DNA from: Gammaproteobacteria bacterium
GTDB taxonomy: Bacteria; Pseudomonadota; Gammaproteobacteria; SZUA-152
Reading direction: 5' to 3'
Assembly: GCA_013152545.1 (NCBI GenBank)
Contig: JAADGF010000105.1
Location: forward strand, 27,950 to 91,949
DNA length: 64,000 nucleotides
This document shows positions 36,066 to 46,952 of this stretch, piece after piece. Under the pieces are notes generated by a model. That model was not told where the DNA came from, did no database searches, and saw nothing but the letters and a program-made list of their open reading frames with translations. The first letter of the stretch is position 1. Each line of letters opens with the position of its first letter. The translations under genes and the position numbers were made by a program.

Positions 36066-36989
36066 CTAACTTATTTCCCCCCGGGTAACTGCCTGTGCAA
36101 ACAGCAAGTCCTGCCAAGCTTTACGTTTTTCCCTGGGTGAGCGCAACAGGTAAGCAGGATGATAGGTGACAACGAGTGCTGTTTTTGGGCCTGAATCTGG
36201 GTTACTTGGACCAGCAACGCTGCTTAAATCCGTGTTAACCACCCCAGCATCACCATCCGCATTAGCGTCATGCGCATCGCTACAGTTATTGTCCTGTTTA
36301 TAATAAAAACACTTCCCCCTCAGTTGCGCTAGGCTACTATTGGTTTTCAATAAATTATGAGCCGCAATTCGGCCAACAACCAATATTATTTTAGGCTTGA
36401 CCAATTCTACCTGACGCTTCAAGTAAGCCTCACATTTCATTACTTCCTCTGCACGCGGGTCGCGATTATCAGGTGGCCGACATTTCAAGGTGTTCGCGAT
36501 AAAAACCTGCTGCCGATTTAAACCGATAGCTTGCAGCATTTTATTCAGTAATTGGCCCGCCCGCCCCACAAAGGGTTCACCTTGCCGATCTTCATCCGCA
36601 CCGGGTGCTTCACCAACAATCATCCAGTCTGCCTGCGAATCGCCGACACCGAATACGGTGTTTTTCCGGGTGACATGCAAGTCGCAGGCAACGCAATGCC
36701 TCACTGCTGCTTGCAACTGATCCCAACCGTATGATGCAATAACACCGTTAGTGTCTGCTGCTGTTTCAACGGGCTCATGTACCGACTCATGTACCGACGG
36801 CTCATCCTGTTTTTGCGGAACCGGGCCATGTGTCACTTGCACATCACACTCTGTCGTAGTATTTAACGAAACCGCCGGTACCGGTACTACATCGCTCGGC
36901 GCTGACGGCGGCTGGGCGTCAACACGCAACATCCACGTATCAACACCCATTGCTTGCAAATATTGTCGCTGTTTATGCTCCACACTCAT
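36066..36989 (-). CDS. uracil-DNA glycosylase, family 4, with about 100-aa low-complexity N-terminal extension
   Basis: Core GEAPGADEDRQGEPFVGRAGQLLNKML and CxxC cluster typical of family-4 UDG. The N-terminal Pro/Val-rich region and a C-terminal insertion are unusual. Confidence 0.8.
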   Translation of the reverse strand: MSVEHKQRQYLQAMGVDTWMLRVDAQPPSAPSDVVPVPAVSLNTTTECDVQVTHGPVPQKQDEPSVHESVHEPVETAADTNGVIASYGWDQLQAAVRHCVACDLHVTRKNTVFGVGDSQADWMIVGEAPGADEDRQGEPFVGRAGQLLNKMLQAIGLNRQQVFIANTLKCRPPDNRDPRAEEVMKCEAYLKRQVELVKPKIILVVGRIAAHNLLKTNSSLAQLRGKCFYYKQDNNCSDAHDANADGDAGVVNTDLSSVAGPSNPDSGPKTALVVTYHPAYLLRSPREKRKAWQDLLFAQAVTRGEIS

Positions 36990-37005
36990 AAGCTCCAGTC
37001 ATTGG

Positions 37006-38544
37006 TCAAACTTGCGGATGCTGCCGTTCCTTAGGAATCAATAGTTTATTTAACGCATTAATATAGGCTTTCGCCGATGCAATCACGATATCGGTATCGG
37101 CACCCTGGCCATTGACAATATGGCCACCTTTTTCAAGTCGCACGGTTACTTCACCCTGCGCATCCGTACCACTGGTAATGTTATTCACTGAATACAATTG
37201 CAAATAAGAGCCGCTACTCACTGCTGTTTCGATTGCTTGGAAAGAAGCATCCACTGGCCCACCACCGCTTGCACTCATTTGATGCTCCACACCATCAATG
37301 TTGAGCGTTACCAATGCATTAGGTGTTTCACCCGTTTCTGAGCAAACTTTCAAGGCGATTAACTTAACGCGCTCATTTTCCGTTTCCAGATTGGTGGAAG
37401 TGGCTAAAGCCTGTAAATCATCGTCATAAATTTCATGCTTTTTATCAGCAAGTTCTTTAAAACGCATAAACGTCTGGTTTAAATCTGCTTCTGACTCAAA
37501 AGTAATACCTAATTCCTGTAAGCGTGTTTTAAACGCATTACGGCCGGAATGCTTACCGATTACCATACGGTTAGTAGACCAACCAACGTCCTCGGCGCGC
37601 ATTATCTCATAGGTGTCCCGGCTTTTTAATACTCCATCCTGGTGAATACCCGACTCATGAGCAAATGCATTGACACCGACAATCGCCTTGTTAGGCTGCA
37701 CGGCAAAACCAGTAATGCCCGCCACCAACCTTGATGTCGGTACTATTTGTGCCTTGTCGATATGGGATACATTGCAGGGAAAAATATCCTGACGGGTCGT
37801 CACCGCCATCACAATCTCCTCCAGTGCGGCATTGCCAGCCCGTTCACCTAAACCGTTTATGGTGCATTCCACCTGACGAGCCCCATTAATGACAGCAGAA
37901 AGTGAGTTGGCTACCGCTAGCCCCAAATCATTATGGCAATGCACTGAAAATACGGCTTTATCCGAATTTGGGACATTTTCAATTAATTGCCCGATTAACT
38001 CACCAAATTGCTGTGGTAAATTATAGCCTACCGTATCCGGTATATTCACGGTCGTTGCCCCCGCATCGATAACCGCTTCGATAATGCGACATAAAAAACC
38101 CAACTCCGAACGCCCGGCATCTTCAGGTGAAAACTCCACATTATCCGTAAATTTTCGAGCGCGTTTTACCGCCTGTACGGCTTGCTCTAGCACCTGATCC
38201 GGCGACATGCGAAGCTTCATTCTCATATGAATAGGCGAAGTAGCAATAAAAGTGTGTATTCGCGCGGAATTAGCGTTTTTAAGCGCCTCACCAACTCGAT
38301 CAATATCGTTATCCAATGCCCGGGCAAGTCCACAAACGGTGCTATCCTTAACTGCGTTGGCAATGGATCTTACCGCGTCAAAATCGCCTTGGCTGGCAAT
38401 AGGAAACCCCGCCTCAATGACGTCTACCCGCATTTTTTCCAGCGCTTTAGCAATGCGTAATTTTTCATCCCCCGTCATCGACGCACCAGGACTTTGCTCT
38501 CCATCGCGTAAAGTAGTATCAAAAATAATGACATTATTATTCAT
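37006..38544 (-). CDS. leuA: 2-isopropylmalate synthase
   Basis: [23 protein letters not shown]...; the ATG at 38544 has a GGAG Shine-Dalgarno 7 nt upstream (the track ORF starts 9 codons earlier); HMGL-like and LeuA dimerisation domains. Confidence 0.92.
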   Translation of the reverse strand: MNNNVIIFDTTLRDGEQSPGASMTGDEKLRIAKALEKMRVDVIEAGFPIASQGDFDAVRSIANAVKDSTVCGLARALDNDIDRVGEALKNANSARIHTFIATSPIHMRMKLRMSPDQVLEQAVQAVKRARKFTDNVEFSPEDAGRSELGFLCRIIEAVIDAGATTVNIPDTVGYNLPQQFGELIGQLIENVPNSDKAVFSVHCHNDLGLAVANSLSAVINGARQVECTINGLGERAGNAALEEIVMAVTTRQDIFPCNVSHIDKAQIVPTSRLVAGITGFAVQPNKAIVGVNAFAHESGIHQDGVLKSRDTYEIMRAEDVGWSTNRMVIGKHSGRNAFKTRLQELGITFESEADLNQTFMRFKELADKKHEIYDDDLQALATSTNLETENERVKLIALKVCSETGETPNALVTLNIDGVEHQMSASGGGPVDASFQAIETAVSSGSYLQLYSVNNITSGTDAQGEVTVRLEKGGHIVNGQGADTDIVIASAKAYINALNKLLIPKERQHPQV

Positions 38545-38846
38545 TTGCTCGCTCCATTTACCCTCTAACAATCAGTTGGGCGCACTTAACTTTGGACTAA
38601 AATACGCGATATCCGTTAATTGTATCAAACTTAAGATCCGCTTAGCGGGTTAAAAAAAGACCAAAAAAGGTGAATGTGAAAATGAAGCGTACGCCCGCAG
38701 AAACAGGCTATATAGTGAAGGGACAGCTAAGAGTTGATGACGAATTTACGCCAGAGAGAAACACACATCGCCCCAAACCGCAGCACTACCCCTTCATCGC
38801 CGACCATATCTCGATTTGCCAAGCAATTAATACCCCCGCTCCTAGG

Positions 38847-39029
38847 GGAGCCTGCCCGAGAATAGAAGCCTACTGCAAAAACGCCATTTTGAGTGCATTT
38901 TTTTCGATCATTTTCATTAAATAGGCTCAACATTCGCCTCAAATGCTAAAAATAGGTGCCTGATGCAATCGAAAAAATGCACTCAAAATGGCGTTCCCTC
39001 GCGACGACTGCTTTTCTCGGACAGGCTCC
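38847..39029 (+). mobile_element. family-2 palindromic MITE-like element, full copy 2 (~183 bp), between leuA start and pssA stop
   Basis: ggagcctgcccgagaatagaagcctactgcaaaaacgccattttgagtgcatttttt...aatgcactcaaaatggcgttccctcgcgacgactgcttttctcggacaggctcc; the right half is the reverse complement of the left. Track ORFs 38670..38924, 38727..38942 and 38939..39238 are artefacts of it. Confidence 0.85.
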
Positions 39030-39032
39030 AGT

Positions 39033-39860
39033 TTAGTCATCGTTATCCTCGCGCCGAGAGTGACTTTTGTTTTGATCAGGTTTCTGCGGATACTCTTGGT
39101 TATAATCCTCTTGGCCATACTTAAGACGCTCCGCTTTGCGTTTACGCAAACCCCATAGCGTATGTATGGGCCCAGACAAGGCATACAGTAGAAACACAAA
39201 AAATAACACTTGTGGCGGGTCAATTGACACAAACACAAAAACCATCACAACAACCAACAGCGAAACAAAAGGCACTTTACCTTTTAAATCAAGATCCTTA
39301 AAACTTCGATAACGTATATTACTCACCATGAGTATCCCAGCGAATAATGTTAGAACAAACGCCAAAACACGCCAATCCGCTCCCTGCTGAGCATAATCGG
39401 AACCGACCCATACCATACCGGCAATCAACGCAGCGGCGGCTGGACTGGCAAGACCTTGAAAAAAATGCTTGTCGGCGATACCAACCTGCGTATTAAAACG
39501 TGCTAGGCGTAATGCCGTACCGGCGACATAAATAAATGCTGCCAACCAACCCAACTTGCCCAAGCTAACCAACGACCATTCATACATTATCAACGCAGGC
39601 GCTAAACCAAATGAAACCATGTCTGCCAAACTATCATATTGCGCGCCAAAATCGCTCTGGGTATTGGTTAAGCGGGCAACACGCCCGTCCAAGCCATCCA
39701 TTATCATCGCTACAAAAATAGCCACCGCAGCCGCTTCAAAGCGATCATCCATCGCCGATACAATGGCGTAAAAGCCAGCAAACAGGCAACCAGTGGTAAA
39801 TAAGTTGGGTAACAGATAAATACCACGACCGCGTTTTTTTTCGGTATCAACAGAAGCCAT
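39033..39860 (-). CDS. pssA: CDP-diacylglycerol--serine O-phosphatidyltransferase (CDP-alcohol phosphatidyltransferase type)
   Basis: 275 aa; multi-TM; D-G..AR....G..D...D motif region (MIMDGLDGRVAR). Confidence 0.88.
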   Translation of the reverse strand: MASVDTEKKRGRGIYLLPNLFTTGCLFAGFYAIVSAMDDRFEAAAVAIFVAMIMDGLDGRVARLTNTQSDFGAQYDSLADMVSFGLAPALIMYEWSLVSLGKLGWLAAFIYVAGTALRLARFNTQVGIADKHFFQGLASPAAAALIAGMVWVGSDYAQQGADWRVLAFVLTLFAGILMVSNIRYRSFKDLDLKGKVPFVSLLVVVMVFVFVSIDPPQVLFFVFLLYALSGPIHTLWGLRKRKAERLKYGQEDYNQEYPQKPDQNKSHSRREDNDD

Positions 39861-39941
39861 TCGTTAATATCTAGTCTCAAACTGTAGAATTAGGATAATA
39901 GCAACTAAACACTGAATACAGCCTGTTGCCACTATAATCGT

Positions 39942-40586
39942 TTAATGCGCACGCACCAAGAGCGCTATAATTGAACTACCACCGGTCAACTCATCCCCCA
40001 CCCTGACTTCCACGTGGGAATTGGCCGGAATATACACTGTTGAATTTGCCCCAAAGGGTATAAACCCACAACGCTGCCCTTGACCGATTCGTTCGCCACT
40101 ATGAACAGAGCACAGTGGCATTTTTTTATAGAACCTGGGGGCTAATGCCAGTATAACATTATCGCCTTCATCACTTTGCACCCACTGTGCAAAATACTCA
40201 TCCGAAACTGGTACTGAGGGTTTAATGTCATTCATGACAGCATTAAACCATTGCTTGTTAACTTTGCCTTCCATCGGGCTTCTAACCGTAAATACTCCCC
40301 AGGCACGGCCTCGCAACTGTATTCGCAAGGTATCGGCTTCCAGGTAAGGATCCATTATTTTTTCGATGGCGACCACGGTGCTATCCATCGGTGCGACGAT
40401 ACCCAACGGAGTGGCTGGTATATCGCGACGAGGATCACGAAACAAAAATAGCAATACGAGTACCACTACCCCAGTAGGTATGGCTACAAAAAAACCAAAA
40501 TAATATTGCAACAAAAATGCCAATAAGACGAAACTAAAGATGGGACTCCAACCTTCTTTAGCAATAAGGGTGTGACGTTGAGGCAT
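39942..40586 (-). CDS. psd: phosphatidylserine decarboxylase (short-form, Psd-related)
   Basis: 214 aa; two N-terminal TM helices; the C-terminal GGSS is consistent with the autocleavage (G-S) site of short-form Psd; adjacent to pssA. Confidence 0.8.
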   Translation of the reverse strand: MPQRHTLIAKEGWSPIFSFVLLAFLLQYYFGFFVAIPTGVVVLVLLFLFRDPRRDIPATPLGIVAPMDSTVVAIEKIMDPYLEADTLRIQLRGRAWGVFTVRSPMEGKVNKQWFNAVMNDIKPSVPVSDEYFAQWVQSDEGDNVILALAPRFYKKMPLCSVHSGERIGQGQRCGFIPFGANSTVYIPANSHVEVRVGDELTGGSSIIALLVRAH

Positions 40587-40645
40587 GGAGGTTGTTAACT
40601 TATAAAAGGTTTGTAACCTATAATTAATTGTAACAATTCAAGCTT

Positions 40646-40806
40646 ACCATTGCTTTGCCTGCCCGATAACGGCGCCAAAAGTGTTTGTTGACACGGCTAA
40701 ACGCCACATATTTTCCAAACAAAACTATCGACAAAAAAACCAAAGGTAATCTAATGCAGCGCATTCACAAATGAACTGAGCAAGTTCAATTAGCTCAAAC
40801 TGTCAG
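40646..40806 (+). repeat. family-1 intergenic repeat, diverged copy D (ilvC-psd spacer)
   Basis: ccaaaagtgtttgttgacacgg...acaaaaaaaccaaaggtaatctaatgcag...actgagca...agctcaaactgtcag matches the cores of copies B and C. Confidence 0.55.
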
Positions 40807-40899
40807 GGTGATGTCAAAACGACAACACCACCCCAGACAAACTTAAAATGATCTAATTCGGCACAATACACTATTATCTATTGCCGAAATAAAATCATT

Positions 40900-41925
<1,026 letters not shown>

Positions 41926-42114
41926 TCATCTCCTCTCGATTCTAATAAAAATTTCATTTAAAAAAATATCGAAATCGTATTTTCAAACGTATGCCCCCTA
42001 CACCTTACACAACCGTGTCAGCACTTACTAAATGCTCATTATCAAAGAAGTGCAGCCTGATGAATAATTGCAATGTCAATTAACAGAAGGATGCGCTTCC
42101 AGGCGACGACGACC

Positions 42115-42603
42115 TTAAACATGTAACGATTTCTCACCCCGGGATATACCCGCCGCGCCGGAACGCACAGTTTCCAGTATCGGGGCTTTTATAGCCATAA
42201 TAAAGGCATCAAGTTTGTCTGCACTGCCCGTTAGCTCAATGGTGTAAGTGGTTTCAGTAACGTCGATAATGCGACCACGAAATATGTCTGTCAGCCGTTT
42301 TATTTCTTCGCGCCCCTCTCCGGTAACCCGGGTTTTAACCATCATCATTTCACGCTCAATGTGATCGCCCTCTGTCAAATCCAGCAATTTAACCACATCG
42401 ACCAACTTATTGAGTTGTTTGGTGATTTGTTCAATGATCTCTTCTGAACCACGCGTTACCATTGTCATGCGTGACAAAGTAGGGTCTTCCGTTGGCGCAA
42501 CGGACAGCGATTCGATATTGTATCCACGGGCCGAAAATAACCCAGCAACCCGGGAAAGCGCACCAGCTTCATTTTCCAGAAGTATTGATATTATGTGCCG
42601 CAT
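42115..42603 (-). CDS. ilvH: acetolactate synthase small (regulatory) subunit
   Basis: 162 aa; ACT domain MRHIISILLENEAGALSRVAGLFSARGYNIESL. Confidence 0.93.
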   Translation of the reverse strand: MRHIISILLENEAGALSRVAGLFSARGYNIESLSVAPTEDPTLSRMTMVTRGSEEIIEQITKQLNKLVDVVKLLDLTEGDHIEREMMMVKTRVTGEGREEIKRLTDIFRGRIIDVTETTYTIELTGSADKLDAFIMAIKAPILETVRSGAAGISRGEKSLHV

Positions 42604-42605
42604 GA

Positions 42606-44348
42606 TTAAGCCAGTCCTCTTCCGCGTTCTGATGCCAAATACATTTCGTGGTGCCCTTGACCTGTTTTAATCATTGGGTACACATTTTCGCTCTGGTCAG
42701 TCTCGAAATCCAAAAACACTAAACGGTCACTGTATTTGCCAAACGCTTCGTTAAGGGCATCATCGACGTCTTTCGGGTCAGTAATTTTCAGACCAACGTG
42801 CCCATAAGCTTCAGCCAGCTTAACAAAATCGGGCAACGCATCCATGTACGAATGCGAATAACGGCTTTCATAAATAAACTCTTGCCATTGCCGAACCATC
42901 CCCATGTAGCGATTATTGAGATTAACAACCTTAATGGGTAATGAATATTGCAGGCAGGTTGATAGCTCCTGAATGCACATTTGAATACTGGCCTCGCCGG
43001 TAATACAAGCAACTGGTGCATCAGGATACGCCAGTTGCACGCCCACAGCGGCAGGTAACCCGAACCCCATGGTTCCCAGGCCACCGGAATTGATCCAACG
43101 CCGTGGCTTGTCAAATTTATAAAATTGCGCAGCAAACATTTGATGCTGACCGACATCAGAGGTGACAAAAGCATCCCCCTTAGTGACTTCGTAGAGTTTT
43201 TCGATCACATATTGCGGTTTAATCAATTCACACTGACGATCATATTGAAGACAATTCTCCTTTTGCCAACCCTTAATGCGGCCCCACCACTGCGCCAGAG
43301 CCTCCTTGTCCGGCTTAGTACTCTTTTCCTTGAGTAACGCATTAATATCACGAACCACTCGCTTCACATCGCCAACAATCGGCACATCAACCCGAACATT
43401 TTTTGAGATTGAAGAAGGATCAATATCAACATGAATTATTTTTGCGTCAGGACAGAATTTTTCGATGTCGCCTGTAACTCTGTCATCAAAGCGCACACCA
43501 ATAGCAATTAACACATCGCTCTGGTGCATGGCCATGTTCGCCTCGAAAGTCCCGTGCATGCCCAACATTCCCACAAACAGGGGATCAGTAGCAGGGTATG
43601 CACCAAGCCCCATCAAAGTATTGGTAATGGGATAACCCAGATAACGCGCCAATTCGGTCACTTCGTCGGCAGCACCACTAAGCACCACACCACCGCCCGT
43701 ATAAATCATGGGTTGCCTGGCCGACAAAATGATATCAACCGCTTGCTTGATTTGCTTAGGGTGACCTTTAACCACCGGATTATACGAGCGAATATTAATG
43801 GTTTCAGGGTATTTATAGTCTACTTTCACATTAGGCGCGGTAATATCCTTGGGGATATCCACGACAACAGGCCCCGGGCGGCCAGTCGTTGCAACATAAA
43901 AAGCTTTCTTCAAGGTAACAGCGATATCCTCTACCCGTTTCACCAGAAAATTGTGCTTAACACAGGGACGGGTAATCCCAACCGAATCCACTTCCTGAAA
44001 CGCATCGCTGCCTATAAATTGTGTTGCAACCTGGCCGGTGATCACCACCATGGGAATAGAGTCAAGATGTGCAGTCGCGATCCCGGTAACCGCATTCGTA
44101 GCGCCTGGGCCGGACGTCACCAAGACAACACCCGGTTTGCCCGTCGCTCTTGCATAACCATCAGCCGCATGGGTAGCACCCTGCTCGTGCCGGACAAGAA
44201 TGTGCTTTACTTTGTCCTGCTTGTAAATTGCATCATATATATGCAACACAGCCCCACCGGGATAACCAAAAATACACTCAACCCCTTCATCGTGGAGGAA
44301 CCGCACTAATATTTCACCGCCATTTAACTTCACTATACTATCACTCAC
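42606..44348 (-). CDS. ilvI: acetolactate synthase large subunit
   Basis: 580 aa; TPP enzyme; the first in-frame start is a GTG at 44348..44346. The antisense track ORF 43524..44309 is spurious. Confidence 0.95.
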   Translation of the reverse strand: MSDSIVKLNGGEILVRFLHDEGVECIFGYPGGAVLHIYDAIYKQDKVKHILVRHEQGATHAADGYARATGKPGVVLVTSGPGATNAVTGIATAHLDSIPMVVITGQVATQFIGSDAFQEVDSVGITRPCVKHNFLVKRVEDIAVTLKKAFYVATTGRPGPVVVDIPKDITAPNVKVDYKYPETINIRSYNPVVKGHPKQIKQAVDIILSARQPMIYTGGGVVLSGAADEVTELARYLGYPITNTLMGLGAYPATDPLFVGMLGMHGTFEANMAMHQSDVLIAIGVRFDDRVTGDIEKFCPDAKIIHVDIDPSSISKNVRVDVPIVGDVKRVVRDINALLKEKSTKPDKEALAQWWGRIKGWQKENCLQYDRQCELIKPQYVIEKLYEVTKGDAFVTSDVGQHQMFAAQFYKFDKPRRWINSGGLGTMGFGLPAAVGVQLAYPDAPVACITGEASIQMCIQELSTCLQYSLPIKVVNLNNRYMGMVRQWQEFIYESRYSHSYMDALPDFVKLAEAYGHVGLKITDPKDVDDALNEAFGKYSDRLVFLDFETDQSENVYPMIKTGQGHHEMYLASERGRGLA

Positions 44349-45788
44349 TTTGGCTCACTTTGCCTGTTTAAAAGTTCTTGTTTGGTGTGTTGCCTGAGAA
44401 TATTGCAACTCCAATTTAGATTAGCTACTTTGTGCCTGGAAAACCTGCCAGACTTAAACAAAACATACGTAGTAAATCATTTTTATACTGCCCAAACCAC
44501 CCGCTCGACTACCTACCCTACTACCTACTCGCAAGCACTCTCAACAAGTACTCCCAAGAAGTACTCTCACTCACTACCGATTTGAAATTCAATTCTATCG
44601 TGCCAAAAAAGCTCATGCACCGCCCACAATATCCATGCATTAAGTAAACACAAGATAAAATAAAGAGGAGAGGCAGAATAAGCAACCAAGCCCGCGATTA
44701 ACCCATTTTTTATAACTATTTTTAGAAACAGGCCACTTTGTTTGCCTTAAATAATCGAAAAATCTGACCTTAATCGGCACTTTGCTTTGCTCTATGCCAG
44801 TCAATACCTCCCCTGGCAATCCCAAACAGCAATTCCAGCCACCAGTCCGGCATCGGGCGCTGCTTCGCCATTAAATAGATAAACGTTCAAAAATACTGCT
44901 AAGTACTCAATTCGTCAAGCCTTTAGGTTTAATTAACTACAATTCCAGGCAAATTGCTCATTTGACCTCAAATTCCGGTGCACCATCACGTGCAAAAGGT
45001 GCCGTCTACGCTTCCCCTGGATAACCATGACTGTATAGGCTCATTGCAAAATAGGTTTTCTCACATCCTGGTTTGCGTTATTTCCCCCTGACGGCTTTGC
45101 TGCTGTCGCGCTCGATTAGCCTTGGCATAGACCACAGTGTGAAGACTCGTCAACCATTCTGCATATGCCATGCAATACGACTACTGGTTAGTAACCATCA
45201 TTAGAGCAAGCAACATGGGGTAAACCAAGGATTGGGGCAACTTGTGGTTCAGAGCCTTAATTGAAAGTGAAGACACAAACATCAACAGGCTCTGGTATGC
45301 CATGGTACTTTAGGGACAGGTAACAAAAAATCATACTATGAAGCCCCTGCCCTACCGGGCATTGAATCTTTGCAAAACACCCGCATATAAATCAAAACTA
45401 ACGATATAAAACCCTATTGCTATTTGATATTGCCTGATTTACCACTACATTTAAGCGTGTAGAGGCTAATGCGTCAGCCCCCTCAAGAGTTATAGCCATT
45501 GTCCGATAAACTGATCAGATAGCTGGACGTATACAAGCGCGATTATCCAGTGGTAAAATTAACGTCGTTGGTTATTGAGGTACCATGTCGCGTTAGCTAG
45601 ATATATTTAAGCAACATCGGAATTATTCGCGTGTTGTTAGGTCAGAATGTCATACTGCATCGCATGAGGCGATTAGTGTGTTTCAATAAACGTAGTTAGC
45701 GCAAACCTGGTTGTAAATGACGCACGAACCGCACTTTTTACACATGGAAGAGGTGTGTTTGAGCAGGGTATTTTAGGGGGCAGTGCTA

Positions 45789-46109
45789 ATGTTAAACTTA
45801 TCTACGGAAGCTGTGAAAAAAATCATTATCGAAGGTATCACCGAAAGCGGAAGCAAATTTCGCCCAAGTGATTGGGCTGAAAGAATGAGTGGCGCCTTGT
45901 CCACGTTTGGGCCTGATCATCGCATCCAATATTCTCCTATGCTACAACCGCTAACACTTAACGGGGTAAAATGTGTTTCTGTGGACCCCAATCTGCGCAA
46001 AGCTTACCCTGAAATGTTTGCCTATATTATGCGTTGGGTAGAATTGAACCGTCTTAAGATCGTCGAAGTGGACGAAGAAGATGCTGTAAGCTCGAAAGCA
46101 GCTGGTTAA
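45789..46109 (+). CDS. small conserved hypothetical protein (DUF-like, about 106 aa)
   Basis: The ATG at 45789 has an AGGGGG Shine-Dalgarno (the track ORF starts 2 codons earlier at a GTG at 45783); ...KFRPSDWAERMSGALSTFGPDHRIQYSPML... resembles a widespread small proteobacterial family of unknown function. Confidence 0.6.
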   Translation: MLNLSTEAVKKIIIEGITESGSKFRPSDWAERMSGALSTFGPDHRIQYSPMLQPLTLNGVKCVSVDPNLRKAYPEMFAYIMRWVELNRLKIVEVDEEDAVSSKAAG

Positions 46110-46525
46110 TACCGCTATTATCCACCCGTATTCTACCTGTGTTGGACAATTCACTCAGCCGCCACACTTGTCGTGGCATGGCGTGTTTGTTTGCAACGCA
46201 GGTGACGGGTGCAAATCATCTATCCCATATCTCGATATCAAAGTGGCAGCACCTGCAACACGACTTCGCTGCGAGCAGCAGAGAATAGACTCACAAAAAA
46301 ACCTTTATAATCATTATGTTATAAAATAAAGTAAGTTGTGGTAAGAATGAGATACAGGCAATTCAATCAATTTGCGTAACGACTCAACCTGATTTTTAAA
46401 TGTTCAGCAACGGCTCTCACCTTACCGACCAAACGTTAGGAAGCAGACTTGCCAGAACGCTCCTACGGCCAACGTATCGCAAACGCTTTAAACGAAACAA
46501 GCAGCTAATTTCTATGTTTGGTGAA

Positions 46526-46581
46526 AAATAGACTCAAAATGGCGTTCCCTCGCGACGGCTGCTAATTATCGGACAGGCTCC
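46526..46581 (+). mobile_element. family-2 MITE, partial copy (right half only), overlapping the 3' end of the response-regulator gene
   Basis: gactcaaaatggcgttccctcgcgacggctgctaattatcggacaggctcc matches the right arm of copy 2. It supplies the last four codons and the stop (EPVR*) of the regulator. Confidence 0.7.
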
Positions 46582-46949
46582 CTCCTAGCGCGGTATTTAT
46601 CAATCATTTCCTTAATTTTTACCGAAGTAAACGGTTTAACAACAAAACCGTCGGCGCCTAAATCCGTCGCTTGCTTTATATTTTCAAAAGTATTGTGGCC
46701 ACTGACCATTGCCACAAAAATACTGTCAAATTGTGACTTTATTTCCTTAAGCACTTCAAGCCCATTTTTCCCCGGCATATTAATATCCAGAAAAACCAGA
46801 TGTGGTTTGAATTTTTTGATATTTTCGATCACCTCATTGCCATTCTCCACCTGGGCAACAACTTCGCAATTATAAGTGGCAAGATTGCTCTTTAATAAGG
46901 CACGCATAATTTTTATATCATCAGCAACCAGAACCCGACGTTTTTGCAT
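46566..46949 (-). CDS. single-domain response regulator (CheY-like receiver)
   Basis: 127 aa; DD...D phospho-acceptor pocket (VLVADDIKIM...LVFLDINMPG...) and a conserved K. Confidence 0.85.
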   Translation of the reverse strand: MQKRRVLVADDIKIMRALLKSNLATYNCEVVAQVENGNEVIENIKKFKPHLVFLDINMPGKNGLEVLKEIKSQFDSIFVAMVSGHNTFENIKQATDLGADGFVVKPFTSVKIKEMIDKYRARREPVR

Positions 46950-46952
46950 GAT

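Noticed and set aside
38670-39238. Three overlapping small ORFs (38670..38924 +, 38727..38942 -, 38939..39238 -)
   Set aside because: They are generated by the palindromic family-2 MITE (copy 2) and its flanks. Equivalent pseudo-ORFs occur at copy 1 (28402..28677).
43524-44309. 261-aa + strand ORF (His/Arg/Gly-rich)
   Set aside because: It is antisense to the well-supported ilvI gene. It has low-complexity composition and no independent support.
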